Assembly (NCBI GenBank): GCA_963422205.2
Contig: CAXMWX010000005.1
Coordinates: forward strand, 96,001 to 160,000
Direction of reading: 5' to 3'
Length of the DNA stretch: 64,000 nucleotides
Source: Gammaproteobacteria bacterium
Lineage (GTDB): Bacteria; Pseudomonadota; Gammaproteobacteria; Eutrophobiales; Eutrophobiaceae
Shown here: piece by piece, positions 1-13,155 of the stretch
Layout of the letters: every line of letters starts with the position of its first letter
Numbering within the stretch: position 1 is the stretch's first letter
Program-made: the position numbers and the translations under genes
The notes under the pieces: generated by a model
Told to the model about the DNA's origin: nothing
Seen by the model: the letters and a program-made list of their open reading frames with translations, nothing else
The model's database searches: none

Positions 1-358
1 TGTTGGGCCATTTGCCGGGATAACAATTTCTTTTATGCCAGATAAATTCCTCCGTCCACAACCAGCCCTGTTTTCTCATGGCCAGGATCAATTCCATCAC
101 ATAGGTGCTTCTCTCTCCATTGACAGCCTTTTCCTTGATATTGAGTACAAAGGTGCCTGTGGGCTTCAGCACTCTCAACAACTGTTCCGACTTGGGTAAA
201 AACCACGCCACATAATCATCGGGATGAATCCCCCCATAATTTTTTTTCCGCTGATCAGCGTATGGAGGAGAAGTAAAAATCAAATCGACTGAATCATCGG
301 GGATTTCCCGCAGCACGCCCTCGCAGTCTCCAAGGTATAAATTGTGTGTTATTTCCAT
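1..358 (-). CDS. Site-specific DNA methyltransferase (N4-C/N6-A family), 3' end runs off the window
   Basis: Not in ORF track; manual translation from ATG at 358: MEITHNLYLGDCEGVLREIPDDSVDLIFTSPPYADQRKK...LLRVLKPTGTFVLNI; GDC and TSPPY motifs of beta-class amino-MTases. Confidence 0.9.
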   Translation of the reverse strand, partial: MEITHNLYLGDCEGVLREIPDDSVDLIFTSPPYADQRKKNYGGIHPDDYVAWFLPKSEQLLRVLKPTGTFVLNIKEKAVNGERSTYVMELILAMRKQGWLWTEEFIWHKRNCYPGKWPN

Positions 359-423
359 CTTGAGCTCATTAATTTTGGACTATTTCGCATATTGCATCTG
401 ATCATCACGTATACAATCTGTCA

Positions 424-1995
424 TCATTCCCATTCAATCGTGGCCGGTGGTTTGCCGGAGATATCATACGTGACACGGGAGATGCCGCTCACTTCATTTA
501 AGATACGGCCTGCCACGACTTTAAGGAACTCATGCGGCAGGGCAGCGTAATGGGCGGTCATAAAATCCACGGTCTCCACAGCGCGCAAGGCCACCACATA
601 ATCATAAGCACGGGCATCGCCCTTCACGCCAACAGACTTGACCGGCAGGAACACGGCAAAGGCCTGGCTTACCTCACCATAAAAACCCTGCCTGCGTAAT
701 TCACTGATAAAAATAGCATCAGCCAGACGCAGGCAATCGACATGGGGTTTTTTCACTTCACCTAAAATTCTGACAGCAAGCCCCGGCCCCGGAAACGGAT
801 GTCGGTCGATCAGGTGTTGCGCCAGGCCCAGCGCCGCCCCCATCTGCCGCACCTCATCCTTAAACAACTCCCGTAACGGCTCTACCAGTTGCATACGCAT
901 GCCATCCGGCAAACCGCCGACATTATGATGCGACTTAATCACGTGCGCCTTGCCCGTGCTGGCACCGGCCGATTCGATCACATCCGGGTAAATCGTGCCC
1001 TGTGCCAGGTAATGTATTGCCTCCAGTTGCGCTGCCTGCTCTTCAAACACGGCGATAAACTCCGCACCGATAATCCGGCGCTTTTGCTCCGGGTCATCCA
1101 CACCCGCCAGGGCGGCAAGGAAGCGCTTCTCGGCATTCACCCGAATGACATTGATCCCCATCTCCGCTGCGAAGATCTGCATGATCTCATCGCCTTCATG
1201 CAAACGCAGCAGGCCATGATCAACGAATACGCAAGTGAGCTGATCGCCGATCGCCCGCTGCAACAAGGCAGCGACAACGGCAGAATCCACGCCACCGGAC
1301 AAGGCCAGCAATACCTGATTATCGCCGACCTGCCCCCTGATCCGGGCGATCGCATCCTGGATGATATTGCCCGTATTCCAGTCATGCCGACAACCGGCAA
1401 TCTCATGCACAAAACGGGAGATAATGGCCTTGCCCTGGCGGGTATGGGTCACCTCTGGATGAAACTGCAAGCCATACAAGGCACGCTCCTCATCCGCCAT
1501 GCCGGCGATCGGCGCACTGTCGGTTGCGGCGATCACTGTAAACCCGGCCGGCAGGCTATCGACTTGATCACCATGACTCATCCACACATCCAGCAGGCCA
1601 TGGCCTTTTGCGTTTACCTCATCCTGAATCTCATCTAACAGGCGTGAATGCCCGCGCGCCCTGATCCGGGCATGGCCGAACTCCTGCCTGTCCGAAGCGC
1701 TCACCGTCCCCCCAAGCTGCTGTGCCATGAGCTGCATCCCGTAGCAAATGCCAAGCACCGGTACGCCCAGCGCAAATACGCCCGGCGGCAGCCGGACGCC
1801 GTGCAGCGCCGTCACCGATTCCGGCCCGCCGGACAGGATAATGCCCCTGGGTTGGGCGTTGTGGATAGCCGCCATGCTGACATCATAAGGATAGATCTGG
1901 CTGTACACACCGGCCTCTCGCACCCGCCGTGCAATCAACTGGGTATATTGCGAGCCAAAGTCGAGGATCAGTATGTTGTCGGATTGTCTGGGCAT
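424..1995 (-). CDS. guaA: GMP synthase (glutamine-hydrolysing)
   Basis: [36 protein letters not shown]-terminal KPPATIEWE; start placed at ATG 1995 (ORF extends to 2031). Confidence 0.98.
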   Translation of the reverse strand: MPRQSDNILILDFGSQYTQLIARRVREAGVYSQIYPYDVSMAAIHNAQPRGIILSGGPESVTALHGVRLPPGVFALGVPVLGICYGMQLMAQQLGGTVSASDRQEFGHARIRARGHSRLLDEIQDEVNAKGHGLLDVWMSHGDQVDSLPAGFTVIAATDSAPIAGMADEERALYGLQFHPEVTHTRQGKAIISRFVHEIAGCRHDWNTGNIIQDAIARIRGQVGDNQVLLALSGGVDSAVVAALLQRAIGDQLTCVFVDHGLLRLHEGDEIMQIFAAEMGINVIRVNAEKRFLAALAGVDDPEQKRRIIGAEFIAVFEEQAAQLEAIHYLAQGTIYPDVIESAGASTGKAHVIKSHHNVGGLPDGMRMQLVEPLRELFKDEVRQMGAALGLAQHLIDRHPFPGPGLAVRILGEVKKPHVDCLRLADAIFISELRRQGFYGEVSQAFAVFLPVKSVGVKGDARAYDYVVALRAVETVDFMTAHYAALPHEFLKVVAGRILNEVSGISRVTYDISGKPPATIEWE

Positions 1996-2076
1996 TGCCG
2001 CCGCCCCCGTTTGCACCGACGCCTGAAACATGCCGGTATCAGCGGGATGCGATCATCTGTGATTATCATCCATCCC

Positions 2077-3570
<1,494 letters not shown>

Positions 3571-3605
3571 TTATAGTGAGCAAAACTGTCGGCGACAATC
3601 ATACC

Positions 3606-4967
3606 ATGCCTGTAACTGAGAACCGTGACATCTACACCGTGACCCGGCTGAACCGTGAGGTCAGGGCGGTGCTGGAAGGCCGCTTTCCCGCCATTTGGGT
3701 ACAAGGGGAGATCGCCAACCTGGCCCGGCCCGGCTCCGGTCATCTCTATTTCACATTGAAAGATCAAACATCGCAAGTCCGCTGCGCCATGTTCAAGGGC
3801 CGCAACCGCCGGCTCAAGTTCAGCCCGGAGGGCGGTACCGAGATCATCGCCCAGGCGAAGATCAGCCTGTATGAGGGCCGGGGGGAATACCAGCTTGTCA
3901 TTGACCGCATGGAGCTGGCGGGGATGGGGGCGCTGCAACAGGCGTTCGATGAATTAAAACAGCGCCTGCATGAGGAGGGGCTGTTCGCCAGCGATAACAA
4001 ACAGGCCCTGCCCGCCTTCCCCGGATGTATCGGTGTGGTAACCTCCGCAACCGGGGCGGCAGTCCGTGATATTCTGACGGTGTTGCAACGCCGTTACGCC
4101 TGTGCTGAGGTGATCATCTATCCGGTGCAGGTGCAGGGCGAGGCGGCCGCCGGGCAGATCGTCGCGGCGCTCCAGACGGCCAATGCGAGGTCAGAATGCG
4201 ATGTGTTATTAGTTGCCAGAGGCGGTGGGGCGCCGGAAGATCTGCGTGCATTTAACGAGGAGAGTGTCGCCCGGGCGGTCTACGCCTCGGCCTTGCCGAT
4301 CGTCAGCGGCATTGGGCATGAGATTGATTTTACCATCACCGACTTTGTCGCTGATCACCGTGCGGCAACCCCCTCGGCGGCTGCCGAGTTGATCAGCCCC
4401 GACAGCCGGGCATTGCTGGCACAGCTGCATACCCTGTCCAACGCGCTGTGTGATCGCCTCCGGCAGATCACCACCGCTTACCGGGCGCAGCTGGAGCAGT
4501 TAGGCAAACGCCTGCCACGGCCGGAAGGCCGCTTGCAGAGCATGGCGCAACGCACAGACGAGCTGGGCATCAGGCTGCATCAGGCAATAGCGAGGCAACT
4601 GCTGAACCGGCGGGTGCTGTTGGGCAAAAGCAGCGGCAAATTAAAACAGCACAACCCCGCACATGGCCTGCGCCATTATCAGCAGCGCTGTCGCCTGTTA
4701 GGCAGGCAGCTACAGACGCTCATTGATGCGGCCATGAAGTCCCGGCAGGCCCGCCTTAAACACCTGCTGCACACCCTGAACACAGTCAGCCCGCTGGCAA
4801 CGCTGGAACGTGGCTATGCCATTGTCACTGACAGCCGTGACAAGCCGCTGTACACCACGGCCGGGATCACGCCGGGGGATACCATCAAGACACGCCTTGG
4901 CAGCGGGCGGCTTGAATCGACAGTGAGCCAGGTTGAAAATCACAGCGGCAGCCCTCAGAGACGGTAA
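3606..4967 (+). CDS. xseA: Exodeoxyribonuclease VII large subunit
   Basis: SGHLYFTLKD, ARGGG, GHEIDFTI, TPSAAAE, SPLATLERGY; divergent from guaB. Confidence 0.96.
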   Translation: MPVTENRDIYTVTRLNREVRAVLEGRFPAIWVQGEIANLARPGSGHLYFTLKDQTSQVRCAMFKGRNRRLKFSPEGGTEIIAQAKISLYEGRGEYQLVIDRMELAGMGALQQAFDELKQRLHEEGLFASDNKQALPAFPGCIGVVTSATGAAVRDILTVLQRRYACAEVIIYPVQVQGEAAAGQIVAALQTANARSECDVLLVARGGGAPEDLRAFNEESVARAVYASALPIVSGIGHEIDFTITDFVADHRAATPSAAAELISPDSRALLAQLHTLSNALCDRLRQITTAYRAQLEQLGKRLPRPEGRLQSMAQRTDELGIRLHQAIARQLLNRRVLLGKSSGKLKQHNPAHGLRHYQQRCRLLGRQLQTLIDAAMKSRQARLKHLLHTLNTVSPLATLERGYAIVTDSRDKPLYTTAGITPGDTIKTRLGSGRLESTVSQVENHSGSPQRR

Positions 4968-5019
4968 ACCTTTCGTGCCAGGAACCAGGCCGGGTAAGAC
5001 ACCCCGGAAGCCATGCCTG

Positions 5020-5766
5020 TCAATAGGCCAGACGATAGTACAGCAAACCCAGGTATTCATGTAATGCGATCCGACTCCAGCGTAATGCGTACATACTGGG
5101 CAGGAAGTCAAGCACGCTTTTTTCTTCGGCAAATGTGTGGCTGATAAACACCGTAGCCGCCGGTATCACCACAATGCCCTGCCGTTCAAACGCCCACACG
5201 GCTCGTCGTGCATGGCTGGCGTGGGTGACCAGATAGATGGTATCAAGACCCATCGCCTTTATCAGCCTGGCACTGAACAGGGCATTCTCGGCGGTGTTGC
5301 GGCTGTCTCCTTCTTCGATAACCTCATCAATATGCCACACCTCGCTTAAGCTATGCGCCATCATCTCGGCCATTGTCAGGGGCTCATCCGCCCGCCTGCC
5401 GCCGCTGACAAGAATGGGCAGGCCGGTCTTCCGACTAAGCCAGGCGGCATAGTGCAGACGTTCCAGGGTGGGCGAACCCGGCACATCTCTTGCGTACTCC
5501 GGCTGGTTGCGGTAACGCCCGCCGCCCAAGACCACGATCAGTTGTGCTGCTGCCGCCTCGTTGAGGTCTAACGGCGCCGGCTCCAGCCAGTGATGCAGTC
5601 TTGCAGCGACTGGCCCCAGGCTGAGCAGGTACAGCGAGAGAAAACTCAGCAACAGCAGGCCAACGGCCAGCCGCCGATAGCGGCGCCAGACAAGCAAGCC
5701 GACGCCAGCCAGGATAAGATTGATCCCCGGCGGAAAAATGAGAGATTTAAGCGGTTGCCACCACAT
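5020..5766 (-). CDS. YdcF/ElyC (DUF218) family envelope protein
   Basis: N-terminal TM helices, IVVLGGG, ILVSGG, SRNTAENA, LVTHASH, LHEYLG. Confidence 0.85.
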   Translation of the reverse strand: MWWQPLKSLIFPPGINLILAGVGLLVWRRYRRLAVGLLLLSFLSLYLLSLGPVAARLHHWLEPAPLDLNEAAAAQLIVVLGGGRYRNQPEYARDVPGSPTLERLHYAAWLSRKTGLPILVSGGRRADEPLTMAEMMAHSLSEVWHIDEVIEEGDSRNTAENALFSARLIKAMGLDTIYLVTHASHARRAVWAFERQGIVVIPAATVFISHTFAEEKSVLDFLPSMYALRWSRIALHEYLGLLYYRLAY

Positions 5767-5779
5767 AAGCGGCGGGTGG

Positions 5780-6736
5780 TTAGAATTTGCCCCCGGCCTG
5801 AAGGTCTGCATGGTAGGAAGAGCGCACCATCGGCGCACTGGCCACGCTCACAAAGCCGATCGCCCTGGCATACTCGCCCAGCTCGGCAAATTCGGCCGGT
5901 TCAACAAACCGCTCTACTTTCAAATGATAACGGCTCGGCTGTAAATACTGACCCAGCGTCAACATGTCACAGTCATGTTCACGCAAATCATGCAACACCG
6001 CCTTGACCTCATCGAGCTGCTCGCCCAGGCCCAACATGAGGCCGGACTTGGTTGGGATGGCGGGATGGGCGTCCTTGAACTGCCCTAGCAACTGCAAGGA
6101 CCAGGCATAATCCGCCCCCGGCCGGGCCTTTTTATATAGGCGCGGTACGGTCTCCAGATTGTGGTTAAACACATCGGGCGGCGCCAGTGCCAGCGCGGCC
6201 AATGCAGGTGCCATCCGGCCTCGAAAGTCCGGCGTCAATATCTCGATCCGGGTCTTCGGTGTGCGTTGGCGAAGCTCGGTTATGCAGCTGGCAAAATGGG
6301 CAGCACCGCCATCTTTCAGATCATCCCGGTCGACCGAGGTGATCACGACATAGGCTAACTGCATCAGTGCAACGGCATCCGCCACCTGCCGAGGCTCCTG
6401 CTCATCCAGCGGCCGGGGGCGACCGTGGGCAACATCACAAAACGGACAGCGCCGGGTGCAGAGATCACCCATAATCATGAAGGTCGCCGTCCCCTGACTG
6501 AAACACTCACCCAGATTAGGACAGGAGGCCTCCTCACACACGGTGTGCAGATTGCGCTCTCGCAACAGCTTTTTTAATGCCAGCACTTTGGGATCAGTCG
6601 GTGCCTTTGCCCGAATCCAGGCCGGCTTGCGGGGCGAGGCGGATGCTTGTGGTATCACCTTGATGGGAATGCGCGAGGTCTTTAACCGACCTTTTTGATC
6701 TTTCTTTGTCGTTGTCTCTGTCAGTTGCTGTTGCAC
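5780..6736 (-). CDS. lipA: Lipoyl synthase
   Basis: [27 protein letters not shown]. Confidence 0.98.
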   Translation of the reverse strand: MQQQLTETTTKKDQKGRLKTSRIPIKVIPQASASPRKPAWIRAKAPTDPKVLALKKLLRERNLHTVCEEASCPNLGECFSQGTATFMIMGDLCTRRCPFCDVAHGRPRPLDEQEPRQVADAVALMQLAYVVITSVDRDDLKDGGAAHFASCITELRQRTPKTRIEILTPDFRGRMAPALAALALAPPDVFNHNLETVPRLYKKARPGADYAWSLQLLGQFKDAHPAIPTKSGLMLGLGEQLDEVKAVLHDLREHDCDMLTLGQYLQPSRYHLKVERFVEPAEFAELGEYARAIGFVSVASAPMVRSSYHADLQAGGKF

Positions 6737-7455
6737 TGTTCTAACCTCCTGGTCTCGCCCTCTGAACTGTCGCCTGGCGTTGAATATTCACGATTGCCGG
6801 GCAGCGATGGCCAACCGGCGCTGTCTGTATATAGCCCGGGGACATACCCCAGCGCAGACAGCAGAGATTCCTGATAACGCTGCTGCACTATAGCAAACTT
6901 GTCCCTCACCGCTAAATCATAGAGTTGTGTTACCGCCAGATTCGGGTAGCCACACGGGTTGATCTGGCTGAACGGGGTCAAGTCCATGTCGACATTGATG
7001 GCAATCCCGTGATAACAACAGCCGCCCCGCACACGCACCCCCAGGGCGGCAATCTTGCCGCCAGCCACATACACGCCCGGTGCACCTGCACGCCGCCCTG
7101 CATCAATACCATAGCCCTGTAAAAAATCAATCACTGACTGCTCCAGCAAACGGACAAACCGTTTGATGGTCATGTTTTTTCTACGCAGATCAAGTAATGT
7201 ATAGATCACTAATTGCCCCGGCCCGTGGTAAGTCACCTGCCCGCCACGGTCGGTCTGCACGACAGGCACCTGACCGGCGCTGAGTATGTGTTCCTGTTTG
7301 CCCGCCATGCCTAAGGTAAAGACTGATTCGTGTTGCAGACACCAAAGCTCATCTGTGGTCTGTGGATTGCGCCCGGCGTTGAATGCCTGCATCTGTTGAT
7401 AGACCGGCACATAGCGCTGCAGCCCCAGGTTTTTTATAATGATCTGATTCATCAT
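6721..7455 (-). CDS. lipB: Lipoyl(octanoyl) transferase
   Basis: [32 protein letters not shown]. Confidence 0.97.
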   Translation of the reverse strand: MMNQIIIKNLGLQRYVPVYQQMQAFNAGRNPQTTDELWCLQHESVFTLGMAGKQEHILSAGQVPVVQTDRGGQVTYHGPGQLVIYTLLDLRRKNMTIKRFVRLLEQSVIDFLQGYGIDAGRRAGAPGVYVAGGKIAALGVRVRGGCCYHGIAINVDMDLTPFSQINPCGYPNLAVTQLYDLAVRDKFAIVQQRYQESLLSALGYVPGLYTDSAGWPSLPGNREYSTPGDSSEGETRRLEQCNSN

Positions 7456-7537
7456 GCGGGTGAGAATTTTGTTTTCCAGTGATGATGAAAAGCGTAACAT
7501 ATCGGCTTCAATAGATAGTCAAAAAGTCGAGGTCATC

Positions 7538-7912
7538 ATGAAATCATGTCATGTTATGGTAGTTATCCTGTGTGCCTTTATATCTTCAGCCTACAGCATG
7601 GCTGAGGATACCTCATCCACATCGGGGGAGATCCTAACATCCTGTCCCCTGCCAACCAAGCCCGGCATACCCAATGGCCGCACCTCAAGCGAAGCGGAAA
7701 TGATTGCCGCCCAGAGGGAAATGCAAGCCTATATGGACGACAGCAACCAGGTGCTGGAATGTCTCAAGCAACTGGAGGCGGGCTGGGGAGAGGAGACCAG
7801 CGATGAACAGCGGGCGATCGTGGTGTTGTTTCACAACAAGGTGGTGGAAGAAATGGAGTCGATCGCCGATCTGTTCAATTCCGCCGTGCGTGCATTTAAG
7901 GGGAAAAATTAA
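7538..7912 (+). CDS. Hypothetical exported helical protein
   Basis: Signal-peptide-like N-terminus, two Cys, helical C-terminus; no family recognised. Confidence 0.6.
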   Translation: MKSCHVMVVILCAFISSAYSMAEDTSSTSGEILTSCPLPTKPGIPNGRTSSEAEMIAAQREMQAYMDDSNQVLECLKQLEAGWGEETSDEQRAIVVLFHNKVVEEMESIADLFNSAVRAFKGKN

Positions 7913-8200
7913 CGCACATCACAAGGCATACAAATGTGTGCTGGATGCTTTAAGCTGGGATGCCATGCGCCTGTGGCGTTGATCACAGTGCGCCAGTCTT
8001 GTTGCACACGGCTGTGTGAGTTGCGATGGCGGGCGGGCGTGAAAAGCGCTGAACAGCGGCCTCCCTGTACGGATCTTGTCCTGGGCTGATCTTTTTCTGG
8101 GGCTGACTTTTTCGTAAACTGTTATCACTTGCCAGATCACACCCTCCTGCTGCATGCCGCGTTATGGTCAGGCATTGGCCTGGTATGAGTGATCTCTGTT

Positions 8201-9121
8201 ATGTACGCATTAGCCATTAAAAACCTGAAAAAGACTTACAAAAACGGCGTCAAGGCACTGTGCGGGATTGATCTCTGCATTGCAGAAAATGATTTTTTTG
8301 CACTGCTGGGGCCAAATGGGGCCGGCAAATCAACGACGATCGGGATTATCTCATCTCTCATTAAAAAGACATCCGGCAGCGTACACATCTTCAATGCCGA
8401 TCTGGACAGGCAGATGGGGCGAGCTAAATCTTATCTGGGGATCGTGCCGCAGGAAGTCAACTTTTCGCTGTTTGAAACCCCCGAGGCGATCCTGCTTAAT
8501 CAGGCAGGGTATTACGGCATACCACATCGCCTCGCAAAGCCGCGGGCAGATAACTATCTCAAAGCGCTGGGACTTTGGGATAAGCGCAAAGGGATTGCCC
8601 GCAATCTATCCGGCGGCATGAAACGCCGGCTGATGATCGCCCGCGCCCTGATACACCAGCCCCGGCTGCTCATTTTAGATGAACCGACGGCCGGGGTGGA
8701 TGTTGAACTCCGTCGCTCCATGTGGGACTTTTTAAGAGAAATCAACGCCAACGGCACGACCATATTGCTGACCACCCATTATCTTGAAGAGGCAGAACAA
8801 CTCTGTAAAAACATTGCCATCATAGATGGTGGCACTATCATTATTAACTCGACCATGAAAGCGGTGCTGGCGAAGTTACACGTAGAGACGTTTATCCTTG
8901 ACCTTGCCACACCGCTAAAAGCACTGCCGATGATACAAGACTTCAAATTAACACTGCTTGATCCACAGACGATAGCAGCCAACATCCATAAAGAGCAAAG
9001 CATTAATACGCTGTATGACATATTGTCAGAGCATAATATTACAGTTTGCAGTATGCGTAACAAGAGCAATCGACTGGAGGAATTATTCCTGCATTTACTG
9101 GATAACGGTGCTGTGCAATGA
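8201..9121 (+). CDS. ABC transporter ATP-binding protein (YadG-like)
   Basis: GPNGAGKST, LSGGMKRR, ILDEPT, TTHYLEEAE. Confidence 0.92.
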   Translation: MYALAIKNLKKTYKNGVKALCGIDLCIAENDFFALLGPNGAGKSTTIGIISSLIKKTSGSVHIFNADLDRQMGRAKSYLGIVPQEVNFSLFETPEAILLNQAGYYGIPHRLAKPRADNYLKALGLWDKRKGIARNLSGGMKRRLMIARALIHQPRLLILDEPTAGVDVELRRSMWDFLREINANGTTILLTTHYLEEAEQLCKNIAIIDGGTIIINSTMKAVLAKLHVETFILDLATPLKALPMIQDFKLTLLDPQTIAANIHKEQSINTLYDILSEHNITVCSMRNKSNRLEELFLHLLDNGAVQ

Positions 9122-9906
9122 ATACGGACAAACCCATCGCACATCCTCTTGTTATCGCTTATACCACTATCGTGAGCAAGGAGATTACCCGCTTTATTCG
9201 GATCTGGTTGCAGACGTTATTACCGCCGGCGATCAGTATGGCCCTGTACTTTATTATTTTTGGCAATTTAATCGGCGCACGGATCGGCCTGATGGGAGGC
9301 GTTGGCTATGTGGAGTTCATCGCTCCCGGTATCATCATGATGGCCATCATTAACAATGCCTATGCGAATGTCGTCTCATCCTTCTTTGGTGCCAAGTTCC
9401 AAAACCATATCCAGGAGATCCTGGTGGCACCCGTGCCTTACTGGATCATACTGGCAGGCTATGTCAGCGGCGGCGTTGTCCGCGGCCTGTTTGTCGGCCT
9501 GATTGTCACGATCGTTGCCCTTCTCTTCACCAGACTGCATATTCATCATCCTCTGATCGTGGCGGCGGTTGTGGTCTTGACCTCCGTCCTGTTTTCACTG
9601 GCCGGCTTTATCAATGGCATTTATGCAAAGAGCTTTGATGATGTTTCAATCATTCCCACCTTCATACTAACGCCTTTAATCTACTTGGGAGGCATATTTT
9701 ATTCTATCGAACTATTGCCGGAATTCTGGCAGACAGCCTCCCGACTCAACCCGATTCTCTACATGGTCAATGCCTTCCGCTACGGCATGCTTGGCATCTC
9801 CGACATCAATATAGCAACCGCGTTCTCACTCATCATCGTGTTTATCATGAGCCTCTCTGGTTATGCCTTGTGGCTATTGCATCGCGGGGTGGGCATTAAA
9901 GAATAA
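9118..9906 (+). CDS. ABC-2 transporter permease (YadH-like)
   Basis: RIWLQTLLPP, YANVVSSFF, NPILYMVNAFRYG; ATGA overlap with ATPase. Confidence 0.92.
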   Translation: MNTDKPIAHPLVIAYTTIVSKEITRFIRIWLQTLLPPAISMALYFIIFGNLIGARIGLMGGVGYVEFIAPGIIMMAIINNAYANVVSSFFGAKFQNHIQEILVAPVPYWIILAGYVSGGVVRGLFVGLIVTIVALLFTRLHIHHPLIVAAVVVLTSVLFSLAGFINGIYAKSFDDVSIIPTFILTPLIYLGGIFYSIELLPEFWQTASRLNPILYMVNAFRYGMLGISDINIATAFSLIIVFIMSLSGYALWLLHRGVGIKE

Positions 9907-9916
9907 GCAGGTTTTG

Positions 9917-11014
9917 CTATTTTCTTAGCTTCTTATCCAGTGCCTCATAAACTGATTGATAAAATGCCCTCTTGTCCTCATCCCTGTTAAGATAAGATGC
10001 AGGCAGTTTGTTATCCGGCAGAAAAGGCGTATTTAACATCTGCAAATACTTCGCATCATCATTATCCAGCTCAATGACTTTTGCTATCATCTTCTCATAA
10101 GAGCAATCATAATCTTCATAGTTGATAAAAGACCGGGGATTAAAATACTCGCCAATATTGGGCGCCCCGCGGTAAATCGGAATCGCACCGCCCCCGACCG
10201 CCTGAATTATTTTCTCGGTGATATAATTGTCCGCATACGAGTTTTCAAAACAAAGCACAAACTTGTAACCTGCTATCCTCTGGTAATTCTCACCCCAGGA
10301 TGAATAATCGTTTATCCAGGCTTCCCTGCTGTTAAAGCCGCCAGTATTATTGAAAACCGCACCATAAGAGTCGATTTTTTTGTACTTCGATAATTTGATA
10401 AAAAATTTCACGCGATCCGTGTTGCATGGATTACTCACGGCGAAGAAGCAAAACTTTTCAGGCACAGCGGTCGCTTGCTTTTTTATAAGTCTTGATATAT
10501 CTCCTTCTCTATAACGAAAAAAAAGCGGATGGCCTACGTTATTCTCTTCCCTATATGGGACATCAAAAAAATCAGGCTGTGCAAATTGCGGGATATACCC
10601 ATAGCGTTTCAGCCGTACCCAATGGAGAAAATCCAGCGAAAAAAACAGGTAAGTCAAAAAAGAGGGCTTAAAAGGCGGCCATTTCAAACCCAGCAGTTTA
10701 CACAGCACTCTATGCAGTGTAACGAAAAGACCAACTGAAACAGGAACATAATACCCTTTAACATTCTCACCTGTATAAAAAATCTTGATCGCATCCTGAT
10801 GCTGGTTAAGCATTTTTTTATATTTTCTCTTCCTTGCATAGCCTTTGCAGCAAGTAGAATAAAAAAGTACATCAACGGGCTTGTCCTCATCTGAAATAAC
10901 TTCATACCCCTTCTCCAGCAGCAGTGCTTCCAGATAACGCACCCGGTTTACACGATGAGCACGGGGATGGACCTCAAAGTGTTTGTAAATTATGTTGACT
11001 TGCTGTGATGGCAT
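9917..11014 (-). CDS. Glycosyltransferase family 10 (alpha-1,3/4-fucosyltransferase-like)
   Basis: FYTGEN, FCFFAVSN, YKFVLCFENS..NYITEKI..A...GAIPIYRG motif; AT-rich relative to neighbours; downstream of gmd-fcl. Confidence 0.88.
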   Translation of the reverse strand: MPSQQVNIIYKHFEVHPRAHRVNRVRYLEALLLEKGYEVISDEDKPVDVLFYSTCCKGYARKRKYKKMLNQHQDAIKIFYTGENVKGYYVPVSVGLFVTLHRVLCKLLGLKWPPFKPSFLTYLFFSLDFLHWVRLKRYGYIPQFAQPDFFDVPYREENNVGHPLFFRYREGDISRLIKKQATAVPEKFCFFAVSNPCNTDRVKFFIKLSKYKKIDSYGAVFNNTGGFNSREAWINDYSSWGENYQRIAGYKFVLCFENSYADNYITEKIIQAVGGGAIPIYRGAPNIGEYFNPRSFINYEDYDCSYEKMIAKVIELDNDDAKYLQMLNTPFLPDNKLPASYLNRDEDKRAFYQSVYEALDKKLRK

Positions 11015-11025
11015 CTTGTTTGACT

Positions 11026-11970
11026 TCAGGTAGCGGAAGGCCGACTGTTCACATACCAGCACCAGGTGGCGTGCAGCCCCTCTGTCAGCGTCATACCGGC
11101 ACGCCAGCCCAGCGCCTCCAGCCGACGGGTATCCAGCCGCTTCTGCGGGGTGCCGTCTGCCTTGCTGGTATCATAGACAATCCTGCCGCGATAGCCTGAC
11201 ATGGCCTTGATCCGCCCGGCAAGTTCGGCAATGCTGATGTCCTTGCCGGTGCCCACATTGATGATGCCCTCATCATCGTAGTGTGCCAGCAGATACAGAC
11301 AGGCGGCGGCCAGATCATCCACATGCAGAAATTCCCGCCGCGGCCGGCCACTGCCCCAAACGATGACCTCGGCGGCCTTATCGGCTTTTGCCTGATAAAA
11401 TTTTCGTATCAAGGCGGGCAGAACATGGGAAGTGTGCAGATCAAAATTATCTTCCGGGCCGTAGAGGTTGGTGGGCATGGCACATATCGCATTAAAGCCA
11501 TGTTGCTGTCGGTATGCCTGGCACATTTTTATCCCGGCAATCTTGGCGATTGCATACCACTGATTGGTCGCCTCCAGGGGGCCGGTCAGCAGGTAGTCTT
11601 CCTTGATGGGCTGCGGGCAGTCTCTGGGATAGATGCAGGAAGAGCCAAGGAACAGCAGCTTTTTCGTCCCGGCCCGGTAAGCACTGTCTATGACATTAGT
11701 CTGAATTTGAAGATTATCGCCGATAAAGTCCCCCGGATATGCGCTGTTCGCCTGTATCCCGCCCACCCGTGCGGCGGCCAGGATGACATATTCAGGCCGG
11801 GTTGCCTGGAAAAACTGCGCTACGGCAGATTGCTGACGTAAATCCAGCGCCTGGCGGGTGCGGGTGATGATGGCATCAAAGCCCCGTGAGCGCAGGTGAC
11901 GAACCATGGCCGAGCCTACCAGCCCGGTATGACCGGCGATGTAGATAGTGGCGTGTTTATCCATTGGCAC
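11026..11970 (-). CDS. fcl: GDP-L-fucose synthase
   Basis: AGHTGLVGSA, AAARVGGI, LGSSCIYP, YAIAK, PTNLYGP, REFLHVDD. Confidence 0.96.
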   Translation of the reverse strand: MPMDKHATIYIAGHTGLVGSAMVRHLRSRGFDAIITRTRQALDLRQQSAVAQFFQATRPEYVILAAARVGGIQANSAYPGDFIGDNLQIQTNVIDSAYRAGTKKLLFLGSSCIYPRDCPQPIKEDYLLTGPLEATNQWYAIAKIAGIKMCQAYRQQHGFNAICAMPTNLYGPEDNFDLHTSHVLPALIRKFYQAKADKAAEVIVWGSGRPRREFLHVDDLAAACLYLLAHYDDEGIINVGTGKDISIAELAGRIKAMSGYRGRIVYDTSKADGTPQKRLDTRRLEALGWRAGMTLTEGLHATWCWYVNSRPSAT

Positions 11971-12012
11971 TGTCTCTTGTCAAATCAGCAGGGCGGTTAA
12001 TGCCGCGATGGC

Positions 12013-13155
12013 TTATTTGTTTACCAGTCGCGCGGGGGGACTATGCTGCTTTAGAAAAGCATCCCGTTCTGCCAGCACCAGATCTGCCCGCATCATCTCG
12101 GCCACCAGTTCATTGAACCCCACCCTGGGCACCCAGCCCAGCTTCTCCTTAGCCTTTGCAGCATCACCCCATAACAAATCCACCTCCGTTGGCCGATAAT
12201 AACGGGGATCAACCGCCACCAGACAACGCCCCTGCTGATCGTAACCCCTCTCCTCAATGCCCTCGCCTTCCCAGTGAATCTCAAGCGCGATTTCCCTGGC
12301 GGCTTGTTCTATGAACTCACGCACCGAGTGCTGCTCACCCGTGGCTATCACAAAATCCTCTGCCGCCTCCTGTTGCAGCATCAACCACTGCATCTCAACA
12401 TAATCTCTGGCGTGCCCCCAGTCTCGCCTGGCATTTAAGTTGCCGATATACAGGTGCTTTTGCAAACCCAGATGAATACGGGAGAGAGCACGGGTGATCT
12501 TGCGGGTAACGAAGGTCTCGCCACGCTTCGGCGATTCGTGATTGAACAAGATGCCGTTGCAGGCATAGATGCCATAGGCTTCCCGGTAGTTCACCGTGAT
12601 CCAGTAAGCATACATTTTCGCCACCGCATAAGGTGAGCGCGGGTAGAATGGCGTTCGTTCGGTTTGCGGGCTTTCTTGTACCAGGCCATACAGCTCAGAG
12701 CTGGATGCCTGGTAGTATCGGGTACAGCCCTCCATGCCCAGTATGCGTATTGCCTCCAGTATACGCAGGGCACCCAGGGCATCGGTATCGGCGGTGTATT
12801 CCGGCTGTTCGAAGGATACGGCGACATGGCTTTGGGCGGCAAGGTTGTAGATCTCATCCGGCTGCACCTGCTGGATCACCCGAATTAAACTGCTGCCATC
12901 GGTCATGTCGCCGTGATGGAGAGTGAAGCGGGGCACGGCATCATGAGCATCGTGCAGATCATGGTAGAGATGATCTATCCGGCCGGTGTTAAAAATTGAG
13001 GCACGGCGTTTAATACCATGCACCTCATAGCCCTTGCCCAGCAGAAACTCCGCCAGATAAGACCCATCCTGTCCAGTGATCCCGGTAATGAGTGCCTTCT
13101 TCCCTGCCGTGTTGTCTGCCATCGTCATCTTCGGTTGCCTGTCATGAGTGATCAT
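12013..13155 (-). CDS. gmd: GDP-mannose 4,6-dehydratase
   Basis: [39 protein letters not shown]; true start may be about 10 codons downstream. Confidence 0.97.
   Translation of the reverse strand: MITHDRQPKMTMADNTAGKKALITGITGQDGSYLAEFLLGKGYEVHGIKRRASIFNTGRIDHLYHDLHDAHDAVPRFTLHHGDMTDGSSLIRVIQQVQPDEIYNLAAQSHVAVSFEQPEYTADTDALGALRILEAIRILGMEGCTRYYQASSSELYGLVQESPQTERTPFYPRSPYAVAKMYAYWITVNYREAYGIYACNGILFNHESPKRGETFVTRKITRALSRIHLGLQKHLYIGNLNARRDWGHARDYVEMQWLMLQQEAAEDFVIATGEQHSVREFIEQAAREIALEIHWEGEGIEERGYDQQGRCLVAVDPRYYRPTEVDLLWGDAAKAKEKLGWVPRVGFNELVAEMMRADLVLAERDAFLKQHSPPARLVNK

Noticed and set aside
7913-8200. Possible ncRNA or riboswitch in the larger intergenic gaps (also 26959-27206, 58801-58989, 63014-63316)
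   Set aside because: No recognisable RNA family motif or convincing structure by eye; an Rfam scan would be needed.
10517-10524. A8 tract in the fucosyltransferase (and T8 at 240-247 in the MTase) as phase-variation sites
   Set aside because: Short A/T runs are expected in AT-rich genes and both frames are intact.
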